Assembly (NCBI GenBank): GCA_963812135.1
Contig: CAWETU010000001.1
Span: 416,001-480,000, forward strand
Direction of reading: 5' to 3'
Length of the DNA stretch: 64,000 bases
DNA from: Vulcanimicrobiota bacterium
Lineage (GTDB): Bacteria > Vulcanimicrobiota > Vulcanimicrobiia > Eremiobacterales > Eremiobacteraceae
The notes under the pieces were generated by a model. That model did not search any database, was not told where the DNA came from, and saw only the letters and a program-made list of their open reading frames with translations. Every line of letters starts with the position of its first letter. The stretch's first letter is position 1. The position numbers were made by a program, and so were the translations under genes. This document shows, piece by piece, positions 47,076-55,779 of this stretch.

Positions 47076-48161
47076 ATGCTCGACGCCATCGATCGAAAAG
47101 CCGCCGATCCCCAAGACATGATGGGCGCGATCCTGTCGCTGCCCGACCAGTGCGCCCGAGCCAAACAGATCGCGCGCGATGCGGACCTCGGCCCATTGAC
47201 CGGCCGTCGCTTCGCCAACGCGGTCGTCGCCGGGATGGGCGGCTCGGCGATCGGCGGCGATCTGCTGCGGGCCATCTTCCAATCGGTGCTGCGCGTGCCG
47301 GTCGAGGTGTCGCGCGATTACCACGTCCCAGAATATGTCGGCGCGGACTCGCTGGTCATCGCCGCAAGCTACTCAGGGAACACGGAAGAGACGCTGGCCG
47401 CATACGACGCGGCGCGCAACGCAAGGGCGGCGCTGCTCGCCGTCACGACCGGCGGGGAGCTTCGGGCCTGCTGCACGCGCGATGGCGTGCCGGCCATCAT
47501 CATCCCGGGCGGTCTCCAGCCGCGCGCGGCGCTCGGCTATTCGTTCGTGCCGCTCATCGTCGCAGCCGCGCGCCTCGGTCTCATGCCGGAAACGCTGACC
47601 GACGACATCGACGAGATGATCGCCGTGCTCGAACGCGTGCGCAACGAGTGCAACCCGGAAGCGGCGCAATCGAGCAACCGCGCGAAGCAGCTCGCCGCGC
47701 AATGGACCGGCACGATTCCGGTGATCTACGGCTCGCAAGGCGAACGCGGCGTCGTCGCCTACCGCTGGAAGACGCAGATCAACGAGAACGCCAAAGCGTT
47801 CGCCGTCTCAAACGTGCTGCCCGAACTCGATCATAACGAATCGGTCGGCTGGAGCGGCCACCGGGATCAATCGGCCCCGGAACACGCGCTCGCGGTCGTC
47901 TTCTTGCGCGATGAGCACGAACCGGCCGCCACCCGCCGGCGCGCGGAGCTGACGAGGACGATCGTCGAAAAACGGGCTGCGGCCGTCACCGACGTCTGGT
48001 CGATCGGGGAGAGCGCGCTCGCGAGAGCGCTTTCGCTGGTCTACGTCGGGGATTTCGCGTCGTGCTATCTCGCCTACGCGTACGGCGAGGATCCGACGCC
48101 GGTCAAAGTCATCGATTGGTTGAAGGGCGAGTTGGCGAAGACTGACCGACATTCGCGATAG
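47076..48161 (+). CDS. Bifunctional phosphoglucose/phosphomannose isomerase (SIS domains)
   Basis: GMGGSAIGG, SYSGNTEET, QPRAA, RWKTQINENAK, PELDHNE. Confidence 0.92.
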   Translation: MLDAIDRKAADPQDMMGAILSLPDQCARAKQIARDADLGPLTGRRFANAVVAGMGGSAIGGDLLRAIFQSVLRVPVEVSRDYHVPEYVGADSLVIAASYSGNTEETLAAYDAARNARAALLAVTTGGELRACCTRDGVPAIIIPGGLQPRAALGYSFVPLIVAAARLGLMPETLTDDIDEMIAVLERVRNECNPEAAQSSNRAKQLAAQWTGTIPVIYGSQGERGVVAYRWKTQINENAKAFAVSNVLPELDHNESVGWSGHRDQSAPEHALAVVFLRDEHEPAATRRRAELTRTIVEKRAAAVTDVWSIGESALARALSLVYVGDFASCYLAYAYGEDPTPVKVIDWLKGELAKTDRHSR

Positions 48162-48717
48162 ACTCGCCGGTCGTGATCATCCCCGTCTGGAGGTTCGCGG
48201 CCAGGTGGGTGGTGTGGATGGCGACGCCGTGATAGAGCAAGTCGGTATCGCCGGGGCAGTTCAACAATTGCGAGTTGTTGTTCCAGACCAGCGATTGCGT
48301 CAAGAAGTGCTGCTTCTCGGGTAAGCCGATCGACCACACGTGCACGCCTTTGTCGGCGGCGTAGTTCAGGCTGCGGGTGTCGAGCGTCACCTCGCCGGCG
48401 ATGATGCGGTACGTGGGTTTGCCGCGCAGATAGTAGGTCGCGGTCGCGTTGTGATACGTCTGGGTCGCGCCGTCGATGCTGAACTCCGAGCGGGATGACG
48501 CGAAGCGCCAGCTGGTGCGGCCATCATGCAGGCCCTGACCGGTGATGTTGTTGACGACGATCTTCGCGTTCGACGTCGCGGGCACGAGATCGGGCGTCAT
48601 GAGACCGGCGATCAAAAAGCCCACGATCGTCAGCGCGAACGCGCCGCCGGCGATGGCCGCTATCAGCGACCAGCGTTTGCGAAGAGCGACGAGCCCATCG
48701 TACAGCTTTGCGAACAT
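48109..48717 (-). CDS. lptC: LptC-like LPS export protein
   Basis: Single N-terminal TM followed by beta-jellyroll-like sequence (DGRTSWRF, TQSLVWNN); TAATG overlap with lnt; lpt context. Confidence 0.6.
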   Translation of the reverse strand: MFAKLYDGLVALRKRWSLIAAIAGGAFALTIVGFLIAGLMTPDLVPATSNAKIVVNNITGQGLHDGRTSWRFASSRSEFSIDGATQTYHNATATYYLRGKPTYRIIAGEVTLDTRSLNYAADKGVHVWSIGLPEKQHFLTQSLVWNNNSQLLNCPGDTDLLYHGVAIHTTHLAANLQTGMITTGESIANVGQSSPTRPSTNR

Positions 48718-50234
48718 TATTTGCGCCGTGTCTTCTGCACGGGCGGTCGCGCCACCGCTGCGCCGAGCAACGCGAGCAGCGCAAGCGCTTCGAGCCAGCC
48801 CGCGCCGTAGCGCACGTACGGCGTGTCGACCGGCGGGCCGATGTTGGCGATCAGCACCCCGGCGGCGTCCAGCGGCAGCTGCGCCACGACCTGGCCTTTC
48901 GGATTGATGAACTGCGAGATGCCCGTGTCGGCACCGCGCACCACCCAGCGCCCCGTCTGCACCGCGTCGATGGCGGCGAGATCGGCGTGCATCAGCGGAC
49001 CTGAGGTCGGCCCGAACCACGCGTCATCGGTGATGATCAATAGCGCTGTCGCGCCGAGCACCGCGTTCTGGCGCGCGTATGAGGAGTAGGCGGATTCGAA
49101 GCAGATCAGCGCGCCGAAGCGCGTGCTGCCGATATCCAGCACTGTCGCGCCCGGGCCGTGGCTGAACGTCGATGCCTGATCGAAGCCCGGGAAACGGCGG
49201 AAGATGAAATCGAGCGGCAAGTATTCCGCGAACGGCACGAGGATGTGCTTCTGATATACGCCGCGCACGTGCCCATCGGGGTCCAGCGTCATGATGACGT
49301 TGTAGGTGAAGCCGGGCTGCGGCGAATCGACCGTGCCCGCGAGCAGCCACACGTGTTGCTGACGCACGAGATACTGCAGCGATGCGAGGATCTCGGATTT
49401 CTCGAGCGGGTAGTCGGTGATCGCGGTCTCCGGCCACACCACGATGTGCGCGCCTTCTGCCGCAGCGCGCCGGGTCAATGTCGAATACACGTCGATCGTG
49501 TGCGCGAAGACGGCGGGCGACCACTTGACGCGCTGCGAGATATCGCCTTGCACGACGGCGACTTTCGTGCGTGCGGGCGCCGGTTTGACGGCTTCGCGTG
49601 CCGCATCGCCGATGGCGATGAGGACGACGAGGCACCCGAGCGTCGTCACCGCGGCGATGCGCGTGCCCCGGTCGCCGAAGATCAAGCCGGCGAACGCGCC
49701 GTTGGCGAGCGCCACGATCGCGGTGAGGCCGTAGATGCCGGCGTAGGCGGCCATCGGCAGCAGCCACGCGGCGTGCGGCGCGATCGCGCCGAGCTGCGCG
49801 AACGGCATGCTCGCGGAACCGTTGGTGCGCACCGACTCCATGACCAGCCATGCCGCCGGCGCGGCGAAGATCATCGGCGTGCCGAAGCGTCCGCGCGCGA
49901 CGAGCGAGATCGCGATCGCGCCGACCGCCACGAAGAGACTTTCGATGACCGACAGCAGCCCGATCGCGACGAAACGCGCGGCGCCGATCTCGTCGCCGAG
50001 CGAATAGATCATCCATTGATCGACGACGCAGAAATACAGCGTGCAGGATAGCACGCACCAGCCAAGCGCCGCTTTCCAGGACGACACGGACCACAGCCAG
50101 AACAGGGGCGCCAGTGCGATGAACGCCAGCGGCGTGAGATCGGTTTTCGGAAACGCCAAGGCCGCCAGCAACGGACAGACGATCGCCAGAAGCAGACGCA
50201 GGAAGAATGAATTTCGACCAAACACGCCGCTCAT
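48717..50234 (-). CDS. lnt: Apolipoprotein N-acyltransferase
   Basis: Triad VVWPE, YQKHILVPFAE, ICFES; VAVVQGDI; TGIS. Confidence 0.95.
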   Translation of the reverse strand: MSGVFGRNSFFLRLLLAIVCPLLAALAFPKTDLTPLAFIALAPLFWLWSVSSWKAALGWCVLSCTLYFCVVDQWMIYSLGDEIGAARFVAIGLLSVIESLFVAVGAIAISLVARGRFGTPMIFAAPAAWLVMESVRTNGSASMPFAQLGAIAPHAAWLLPMAAYAGIYGLTAIVALANGAFAGLIFGDRGTRIAAVTTLGCLVVLIAIGDAAREAVKPAPARTKVAVVQGDISQRVKWSPAVFAHTIDVYSTLTRRAAAEGAHIVVWPETAITDYPLEKSEILASLQYLVRQQHVWLLAGTVDSPQPGFTYNVIMTLDPDGHVRGVYQKHILVPFAEYLPLDFIFRRFPGFDQASTFSHGPGATVLDIGSTRFGALICFESAYSSYARQNAVLGATALLIITDDAWFGPTSGPLMHADLAAIDAVQTGRWVVRGADTGISQFINPKGQVVAQLPLDAAGVLIANIGPPVDTPYVRYGAGWLEALALLALLGAAVARPPVQKTRRK

Positions 50235-50983
50235 CGTTCGCGCCTTGGCGCGTCGCGTCCGCCCTGATCGCTGCGGCGTTGGTCGCATCGTGCGGCCGCG
50301 GTCCGCTGGTTCCGCCGCCGATCAGCACCGCGGGGCCGACGATCCAATTCCAGCTCATCGTGGCAGGCCAGATCACGCAGGCGCAAGGCGACTATATCAT
50401 CGCGGTCAACGCGGTGACCGCGCAAGGCACCAGCGTCAATCCTGGTGAGCCGGCGGGCATGCCCACCGTCGCGGAGGCGCAAGCGGGCTCGTTCACCCAT
50501 TGGGATCAAGAGTTCGTCTACGGCTTCGACACGGTCGCCGCGCCGAACGGTTTCAACTATGCGTACAAGGCCCTGGGCACGGGCGGTCAGGTCAGCTTCA
50601 TCCCGATCATCTTGACGACCAACCAGTTCATCTTCAATCCGACGCTGACGACCGGGACCGGTTCGATGAACACGCTGTCCATCACGTTGCCGATCGCGGC
50701 GCTCTCGATCCGCAGCAACCCGAACGGCACGAATCCTCCGACCGTGAACACGCCGCCGGCGGTCTTGCTCCATGTCAATTACATCACGACCGACAATAGC
50801 ATCGGTCACACGCCGCAAGATCAATTGGGCTGCTGCAGTCTGCTGACCAGCGGCTACGATCTGGTCATCGACCTGACCACCGCTGCGACCTATTTCAATC
50901 AGCTGACGTCGCCGCCGACCAAAATGGGACCGGCGAACCCCAACCTGTTCATCACCGGCGGACAGATCATCGTCTCGCCCTAG
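50207..50983 (+). CDS. Hypothetical lipoprotein, antisense within the lpt/lnt cluster
   Basis: Lipobox VASC; Thr/Asn/Pro-rich globular sequence with genome-typical codon usage; fills the gap exactly. Confidence 0.75.
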   Translation: MNFDQTRRSSFAPWRVASALIAAALVASCGRGPLVPPPISTAGPTIQFQLIVAGQITQAQGDYIIAVNAVTAQGTSVNPGEPAGMPTVAEAQAGSFTHWDQEFVYGFDTVAAPNGFNYAYKALGTGGQVSFIPIILTTNQFIFNPTLTTGTGSMNTLSITLPIAALSIRSNPNGTNPPTVNTPPAVLLHVNYITTDNSIGHTPQDQLGCCSLLTSGYDLVIDLTTAATYFNQLTSPPTKMGPANPNLFITGGQIIVSP

Positions 50984-53424
50984 GGGCTGCTGCCGAAGCT
51001 CTGCGGCAGCAGCGATCCACCGGTCAAGCCGAAGTTCACGGTCTGCGACGGGAATGCGAGCAGGCTGAACGACACGTCGAGCTCGTGGAGCGCCTGGCGG
51101 TAGGCCAACCGGATCTGATAGCAATCGTTCACGGTGTGCGTCAGGAAATAGTTCTGGCCTTGCAGCCCGTGCAGCTTGAAATCGTAGTTGCCGAGGAACT
51201 GCAGGTAATCGTTGCGCCCGAGCGGCGTCGAGAGCGTGATGCTGACGGGCCCGTAGCCGGTGCCGTGCGGATCGTATGAGTCGCCGAGCAGCACGTTCGA
51301 AAAGGGCGTGGGGTTCACGGTGAGCTGGTAGTTGATCGAGCCGAGGAATTTGTTCTTGAAGTCGTAGTTCGTCGTCGCGGTGAAGCGGTACGCGCTGCCG
51401 TTGTAGACGTTGAGCGTCTCGTTGATCTGATCGTAGCCGGTGAGCAGATCGTACGCGGGCAACGGCGTGAAACCGCGCACGCTTTGCATCTGATAGGCGA
51501 GGGTGTCGTCGGCATGCCGGCCGAAGAACTTCTGCAGCGAGAACTGCTCCGTGATCGCGCCGCGCTCGTCACCCGTGCCGTAGATGTCTTGGCGGATGCC
51601 CACCAAACCGGTCGCCGTGGCGCTATCGCCGATGCGATAGAGCGCACTGCCCGCCTGCGCGTTGAGCTCGTAGCGCGCGGTCGTGATGTTGTCGTAGCCG
51701 TCGTCGTAGACGCCGTCCACCAGCGTCAACTGCAGCGGCAGCCTGATGTTGCTGATCGTCAGCGGCCGGCTGCGGACCGTCAGCTCAGGCACTTTTTGAA
51801 GACCGATGACGGGCTGCGTCGTCTCGACGCCGTTGAACGTGTCGCTCGTCTGACCGTGGTTCGTCAGGACGAGCAGATCGGCGTCGAACGAGCGCGCCGA
51901 ATAGCGGGTGTCGTTGGAGAACACGACCGATCGCGAGAACGAGGTCGACTCCGACGAGGTGCCCGACCCGAAGACCGAGTTGTTGTATTGAAGCTGCAGC
52001 GAGACGTTCTCTGAGAACACCGGGGAGAACGAGATGCTGTGGTTGATGATGCCGCCGAACGAGCTGCTCGGGCCGGTGGTCGTCGCGGTTCCGCCGTAAC
52101 TGGTCGTGCTCCGCGCGCCGTTGTGCACGACGTTGACGTTGGCGGAAAGCGTCGGCGGAATCGACGTGAGCAGCGACTGGCTGACGTAGTTCGCGTTGGC
52201 CGACAACGTCACGCGATGCGAGAACACCCGCGAGTACGTCAAGCTTGAGTTGAGAGAGTTCTTCACGCCGGTGATCGCCAGCTGGTATTGGTTGCTGTGC
52301 AGATCGTAGATCGTGAACTCGCCTTGGCCCAGGCCGTCGCGGCGCGCGAAGAACAGGTCGGCGCCCAAGCCGATGCCGGCTTTCTGGAAATAGTCGACGT
52401 GATACGTGCCGTAGAAGTACGGGCTGGAATAGAAATTGATGTAGTTCTTGATGAAGAATCCGTAGATCGAGTTATAGCCGATGCGCGGTGCGATCGCAGT
52501 CGGCCGCCGCTGCCCTTCCTGGGTGAGCGGGATTACCAAGATGCCCAACCCCGCGACGAGATACTTGCCCAGATACAGCGCCGGGCTGTGCACGATCATC
52601 CGATCATTCGGACGCAGCTCGATCTCCTTGCCCGTGACGTGATACGCGACGTGGCGCAGATCGCAGGTCGTCACCCAGCCGCGTTCGAGCACCGCATGGC
52701 CGTTGTGGTCGATCGTGATGCGCTGGCCTTTGTAGTACACGAAGCCGTGGATATGCTCTGACTGAAAAGCCACTGCTGAGGATTGGCCTTCGACGTCGTC
52801 CATGATGACGCGATCGTGGGTGACATCGTAGTCGAGCGTCTTCGCGGTAGCGGTGTCGCCGTTCGCTGCGACGTAATGCACGTCGCCGATGGCGCGCACG
52901 GTCCGGGTGGCGGCGTCGTAATGCGCGCGGTCGGCGGTGATGGTCGAATCGCCCGACACGATGAGCACGTGGCCGTCGGCGTCCATGTCGCCGTTCGCGT
53001 TGCCGTACAGCCGGTCGGCGGTCAGCCGGCCAAAACCCGGCGGCGGTGGCGGCGGCGGGGCGGTCTGTTCGGCGCCTGGCGAACCTGATGGACCAGGTGT
53101 CGGCGCCACCGCCGGGTGCACGAGGGTTGGATACGAATCCGGATCGGGAGGTCCGACCGGATTGGCGGCCGGCGTTTGCGGAATCGCGGTCGGCGGCATC
53201 GGCGGCATCGGCGTGATTGTCGGCGACCCGGATGGTGCGGGGGACTCAGCCGGCGACGGCGATGTCAGCGCGGGGGTCGGCGTCGGCGTGGGAAGCGCGG
53301 GACCTGGCGATGCCGGCGAGCCGCTGATGTCAGCGCTCGCGTTCAGTCCGCCGCCTGCCACAACGAAGACCGCCGCGAGGACTGCGGCGGCGGCTCCGAA
53401 TTGACGCATGCGTTTTTGGCGCAC
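50980..53424 (-). CDS. lptD: LptD/OstA-like LPS assembly outer-membrane protein with Pro-rich N-terminus
   Basis: Signal peptide; OstA-like jellyroll (ITADRAHYD); VTTCD; APRIGYNS..GFFIK; barrel-like C-terminus with NDCYQIRLAY. Confidence 0.8.
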   Translation of the reverse strand: MRQKRMRQFGAAAAVLAAVFVVAGGGLNASADISGSPASPGPALPTPTPTPALTSPSPAESPAPSGSPTITPMPPMPPTAIPQTPAANPVGPPDPDSYPTLVHPAVAPTPGPSGSPGAEQTAPPPPPPPGFGRLTADRLYGNANGDMDADGHVLIVSGDSTITADRAHYDAATRTVRAIGDVHYVAANGDTATAKTLDYDVTHDRVIMDDVEGQSSAVAFQSEHIHGFVYYKGQRITIDHNGHAVLERGWVTTCDLRHVAYHVTGKEIELRPNDRMIVHSPALYLGKYLVAGLGILVIPLTQEGQRRPTAIAPRIGYNSIYGFFIKNYINFYSSPYFYGTYHVDYFQKAGIGLGADLFFARRDGLGQGEFTIYDLHSNQYQLAITGVKNSLNSSLTYSRVFSHRVTLSANANYVSQSLLTSIPPTLSANVNVVHNGARSTTSYGGTATTTGPSSSFGGIINHSISFSPVFSENVSLQLQYNNSVFGSGTSSESTSFSRSVVFSNDTRYSARSFDADLLVLTNHGQTSDTFNGVETTQPVIGLQKVPELTVRSRPLTISNIRLPLQLTLVDGVYDDGYDNITTARYELNAQAGSALYRIGDSATATGLVGIRQDIYGTGDERGAITEQFSLQKFFGRHADDTLAYQMQSVRGFTPLPAYDLLTGYDQINETLNVYNGSAYRFTATTNYDFKNKFLGSINYQLTVNPTPFSNVLLGDSYDPHGTGYGPVSITLSTPLGRNDYLQFLGNYDFKLHGLQGQNYFLTHTVNDCYQIRLAYRQALHELDVSFSLLAFPSQTVNFGLTGGSLLPQSFGSSP

Positions 53425-53433
53425 GGTCTTTAG

Positions 53434-54666
53434 TCAGCGCTCTTCTAAGAACAACAAGACCAGACCGGCTGATCCCATGATGATATTGGGCGCCCACGCT
53501 GCCAATATCGGCGGCATGGCGCCGCTCTTGCCGAGCGCATTGGTGGCAGCCATGATGAGATAGTACCCAAGCAGGATGACGATCGCGAAGATCGCGGCCA
53601 CGCCCCGGCCGCGCTTGCCGAAGCGGATGCCCATCGGCAGGGCGATGAGCACGCCGATCAAGCAAGCGGCCGGCATCGCGTACTTCTGTTGCAGCGACAT
53701 CTCGAGCTGGGTCACGTCCTGGCCGCCGGTCTTCAGGTTTTGGATCTGCAGGCGCAGCTCTCGAGAATTGGTCTCGAACGCGCTCTGCGGCGAATACAGC
53801 AAGCTCGTGTCGCCCAGCGGGAACTCGAGCTTGTCGAAATGCTTGACCTGCGTGACGGTGCCTTGGAATCCGGTCGTCGTCACGACGCCGTCCGTGAGCA
53901 CGAGCTTGCCGCCCAGCTGCTGCCCGGTCTTCGCGGTCAGCGTCTCGGGCCAGTAGCCGGAGCCGATGTTGAACACTTGCACGTTGTGCATGACGCCCGT
54001 ACCGGAGTCAACCGACTGGATGTAGATGACGTGCTGGCCGTCGGTCGTGCGGAAGAACTGATACGGTTGGATGATCGCCTGCGTCGAGTGGAAGGCGATT
54101 TGGCGGAAGAGCTCGACCGATTTGGCTTGTGAGCGCGGCGCGATCTCTTCGTTGATGCCGAACGCGATGAGCGTCATGATCACGCCGAGCACGTAGCACG
54201 GCATTGCGATGCGCTGCAGGCTGATGCCGCTGGTGCGCATCGCGGCGATCTCGTTATCGGCGGCAAGCCGGCCGATGCCGAGCAAGATGCCGAACAGGCA
54301 CGAGAACGGCAGGATCAAGTACATGAGCGCCGGCAGCTGCAACGCAAGGTATTTGGCGATGAGGAACGCCGGCACGCCCTTGTTGATCACGTACTCGGCC
54401 GCGAGGAAGAGCGAATTGATCAACATGAACAGCGTGAACGCGGCGATCGCGAATCCAAAAGGCGCGAGCAGTTCGCGCGCCATGTAGCCATCGAGGATGG
54501 ACAGTCTCAGGTAACTGCGCCACGACTTGCGCCCGGTCGGAGGCGGCTCGCCATGGCCTGCCGACAGCCAGTCGAGCCGATGCCCGGACGCAGACGGCAC
54601 AGGCGCCGTCGACGGCGGGCCGAGAGTGGTGGAACGGGAGATCGGCTGTTCGAACGCGCCGAACAT
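53434..54666 (-). CDS. LptF/LptG-family permease
   Basis: ILDGYMARELLAPF, NEIAAMRTSGISL, NEEIAP, LAAWAPNI. Confidence 0.9.
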   Translation of the reverse strand: MFGAFEQPISRSTTLGPPSTAPVPSASGHRLDWLSAGHGEPPPTGRKSWRSYLRLSILDGYMARELLAPFGFAIAAFTLFMLINSLFLAAEYVINKGVPAFLIAKYLALQLPALMYLILPFSCLFGILLGIGRLAADNEIAAMRTSGISLQRIAMPCYVLGVIMTLIAFGINEEIAPRSQAKSVELFRQIAFHSTQAIIQPYQFFRTTDGQHVIYIQSVDSGTGVMHNVQVFNIGSGYWPETLTAKTGQQLGGKLVLTDGVVTTTGFQGTVTQVKHFDKLEFPLGDTSLLYSPQSAFETNSRELRLQIQNLKTGGQDVTQLEMSLQQKYAMPAACLIGVLIALPMGIRFGKRGRGVAAIFAIVILLGYYLIMAATNALGKSGAMPPILAAWAPNIIMGSAGLVLLFLEER

Positions 54667-54679
54667 CAGGCGCTGCTAC

Positions 54680-55231
54680 CTATTTGTGCGTGTCCGGCGC
54701 GTGATACACCGACAGCACGCTGTTCACGTAGGCGCCGGTTTCGGCGTACGGGGGGATGCCCTTATAATGCGCGACCGCGCCCGAGCCGGCGTTGTATGCG
54801 GCGAGCGCCAAGGGAACGTTGCCGCGGTACTCGCGCAATAGGTCGCTCAAGTGCTTCGCGCCGCCGGCGACGTTCTGCTCGGGATCCCATGGATTCGAAA
54901 CGCCGAGCGCGCGCGCCGTGCCGGGCATGAGCTGCATGAGGCCCATCGCACCCGCGGTCGAGATGGCGGACGGATCCCCGCCCGACTCGATGCGGATGAC
55001 CGCCTTCACGAGGTTAGGATCGACGTGATTCGCCTTGGATTGCACGCTGACGATGGAGTTGAGGCGCTGGGCAGCCATGCTGTGCGGCCCCTCGCCCATC
55101 GGGAACAGCCCGCCGCCGCTGCAGCCCGCGAGGACTGCGGCTGCGATGACCGGTGCCGTGCGCCAAAATGCGCGCGTGGCGTCCACCAACGTCCCAATCT
55201 CCTCTGATGATCGTCGAGGGGACGGTTTCAA
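54680..55231 (-). CDS. Lytic transglycosylase (SLT domain), probable lipoprotein
   Basis: LAGC lipobox; AVIRIESGG, GAMGLMQLMP, ALAAYNAG, ETGAYV. Confidence 0.92.
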   Translation of the reverse strand: MKPSPRRSSEEIGTLVDATRAFWRTAPVIAAAVLAGCSGGGLFPMGEGPHSMAAQRLNSIVSVQSKANHVDPNLVKAVIRIESGGDPSAISTAGAMGLMQLMPGTARALGVSNPWDPEQNVAGGAKHLSDLLREYRGNVPLALAAYNAGSGAVAHYKGIPPYAETGAYVNSVLSVYHAPDTHK

Positions 55232-55328
55232 CGTCCCGCGGGACTCTACATCTAATACGTATCGGCCGACGGGCGCGGCTTAACGAACCTCTCATAGAGA
55301 TCGTACGGGATGACCGACGGGGACGGTC

Positions 55329-55628
55329 TTACGTGCGGGTGCGCCGGCCAGCGACCGTCTTGTAACAGTCTTGGCAGTAGACCGGCTTATCGGCCCGCGG
55401 CGAAAACGGGACTTGCGTCGCCACTCCGCACTGAGAACAGATCGCGTCGTACATCGTGCGTTCGCCGCTCGCCGAGGAGCGATCGCGCTTGCGCGCCTGC
55501 CTGCAGTTCGGGCAACGGGCTGGTTCGTGCTCGAAGCCTTTTTGTGCGTAGAATTCTTGCTCGCCCACCGTGAAGATGAATTCGGAACCACAGTCGCGGC
55601 AGGTCAGCGTGCGGTCTTGCAATGCCAC
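55329..55628 (-). CDS. Zinc-ribbon plus CxxC-x17-CxxC domain protein
   Basis: DRTLTCRDCG.EF.FT.GEQEFY..KGF...P.RCPNCR; CSQC...VPF.P...KPVYCQDC. Confidence 0.92.
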   Translation of the reverse strand: MALQDRTLTCRDCGSEFIFTVGEQEFYAQKGFEHEPARCPNCRQARKRDRSSASGERTMYDAICSQCGVATQVPFSPRADKPVYCQDCYKTVAGRRTRT

Positions 55629-55779
55629 TTATCTGCTCTCAGTTCCACCATCTGGAAACGTCAAAAACGCTCGTGGCCATGGTGAGTGGCCGCGAATCGT
55701 GAAAAAACTCTAACACACCATGCGCCCGAAAAGCAACCTGCAGGCCATGGGGCAAGGCCGCGCGTACCATCATAGCGCT

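Noticed and set aside
48109..48161. Convergent 3' overlaps (pgi/pmi with lptC, 53 nt; DUF72 with CPBP at 36307-36333)
   Set aside because: Common in stop-poor GC-rich genomes; no further sign of function
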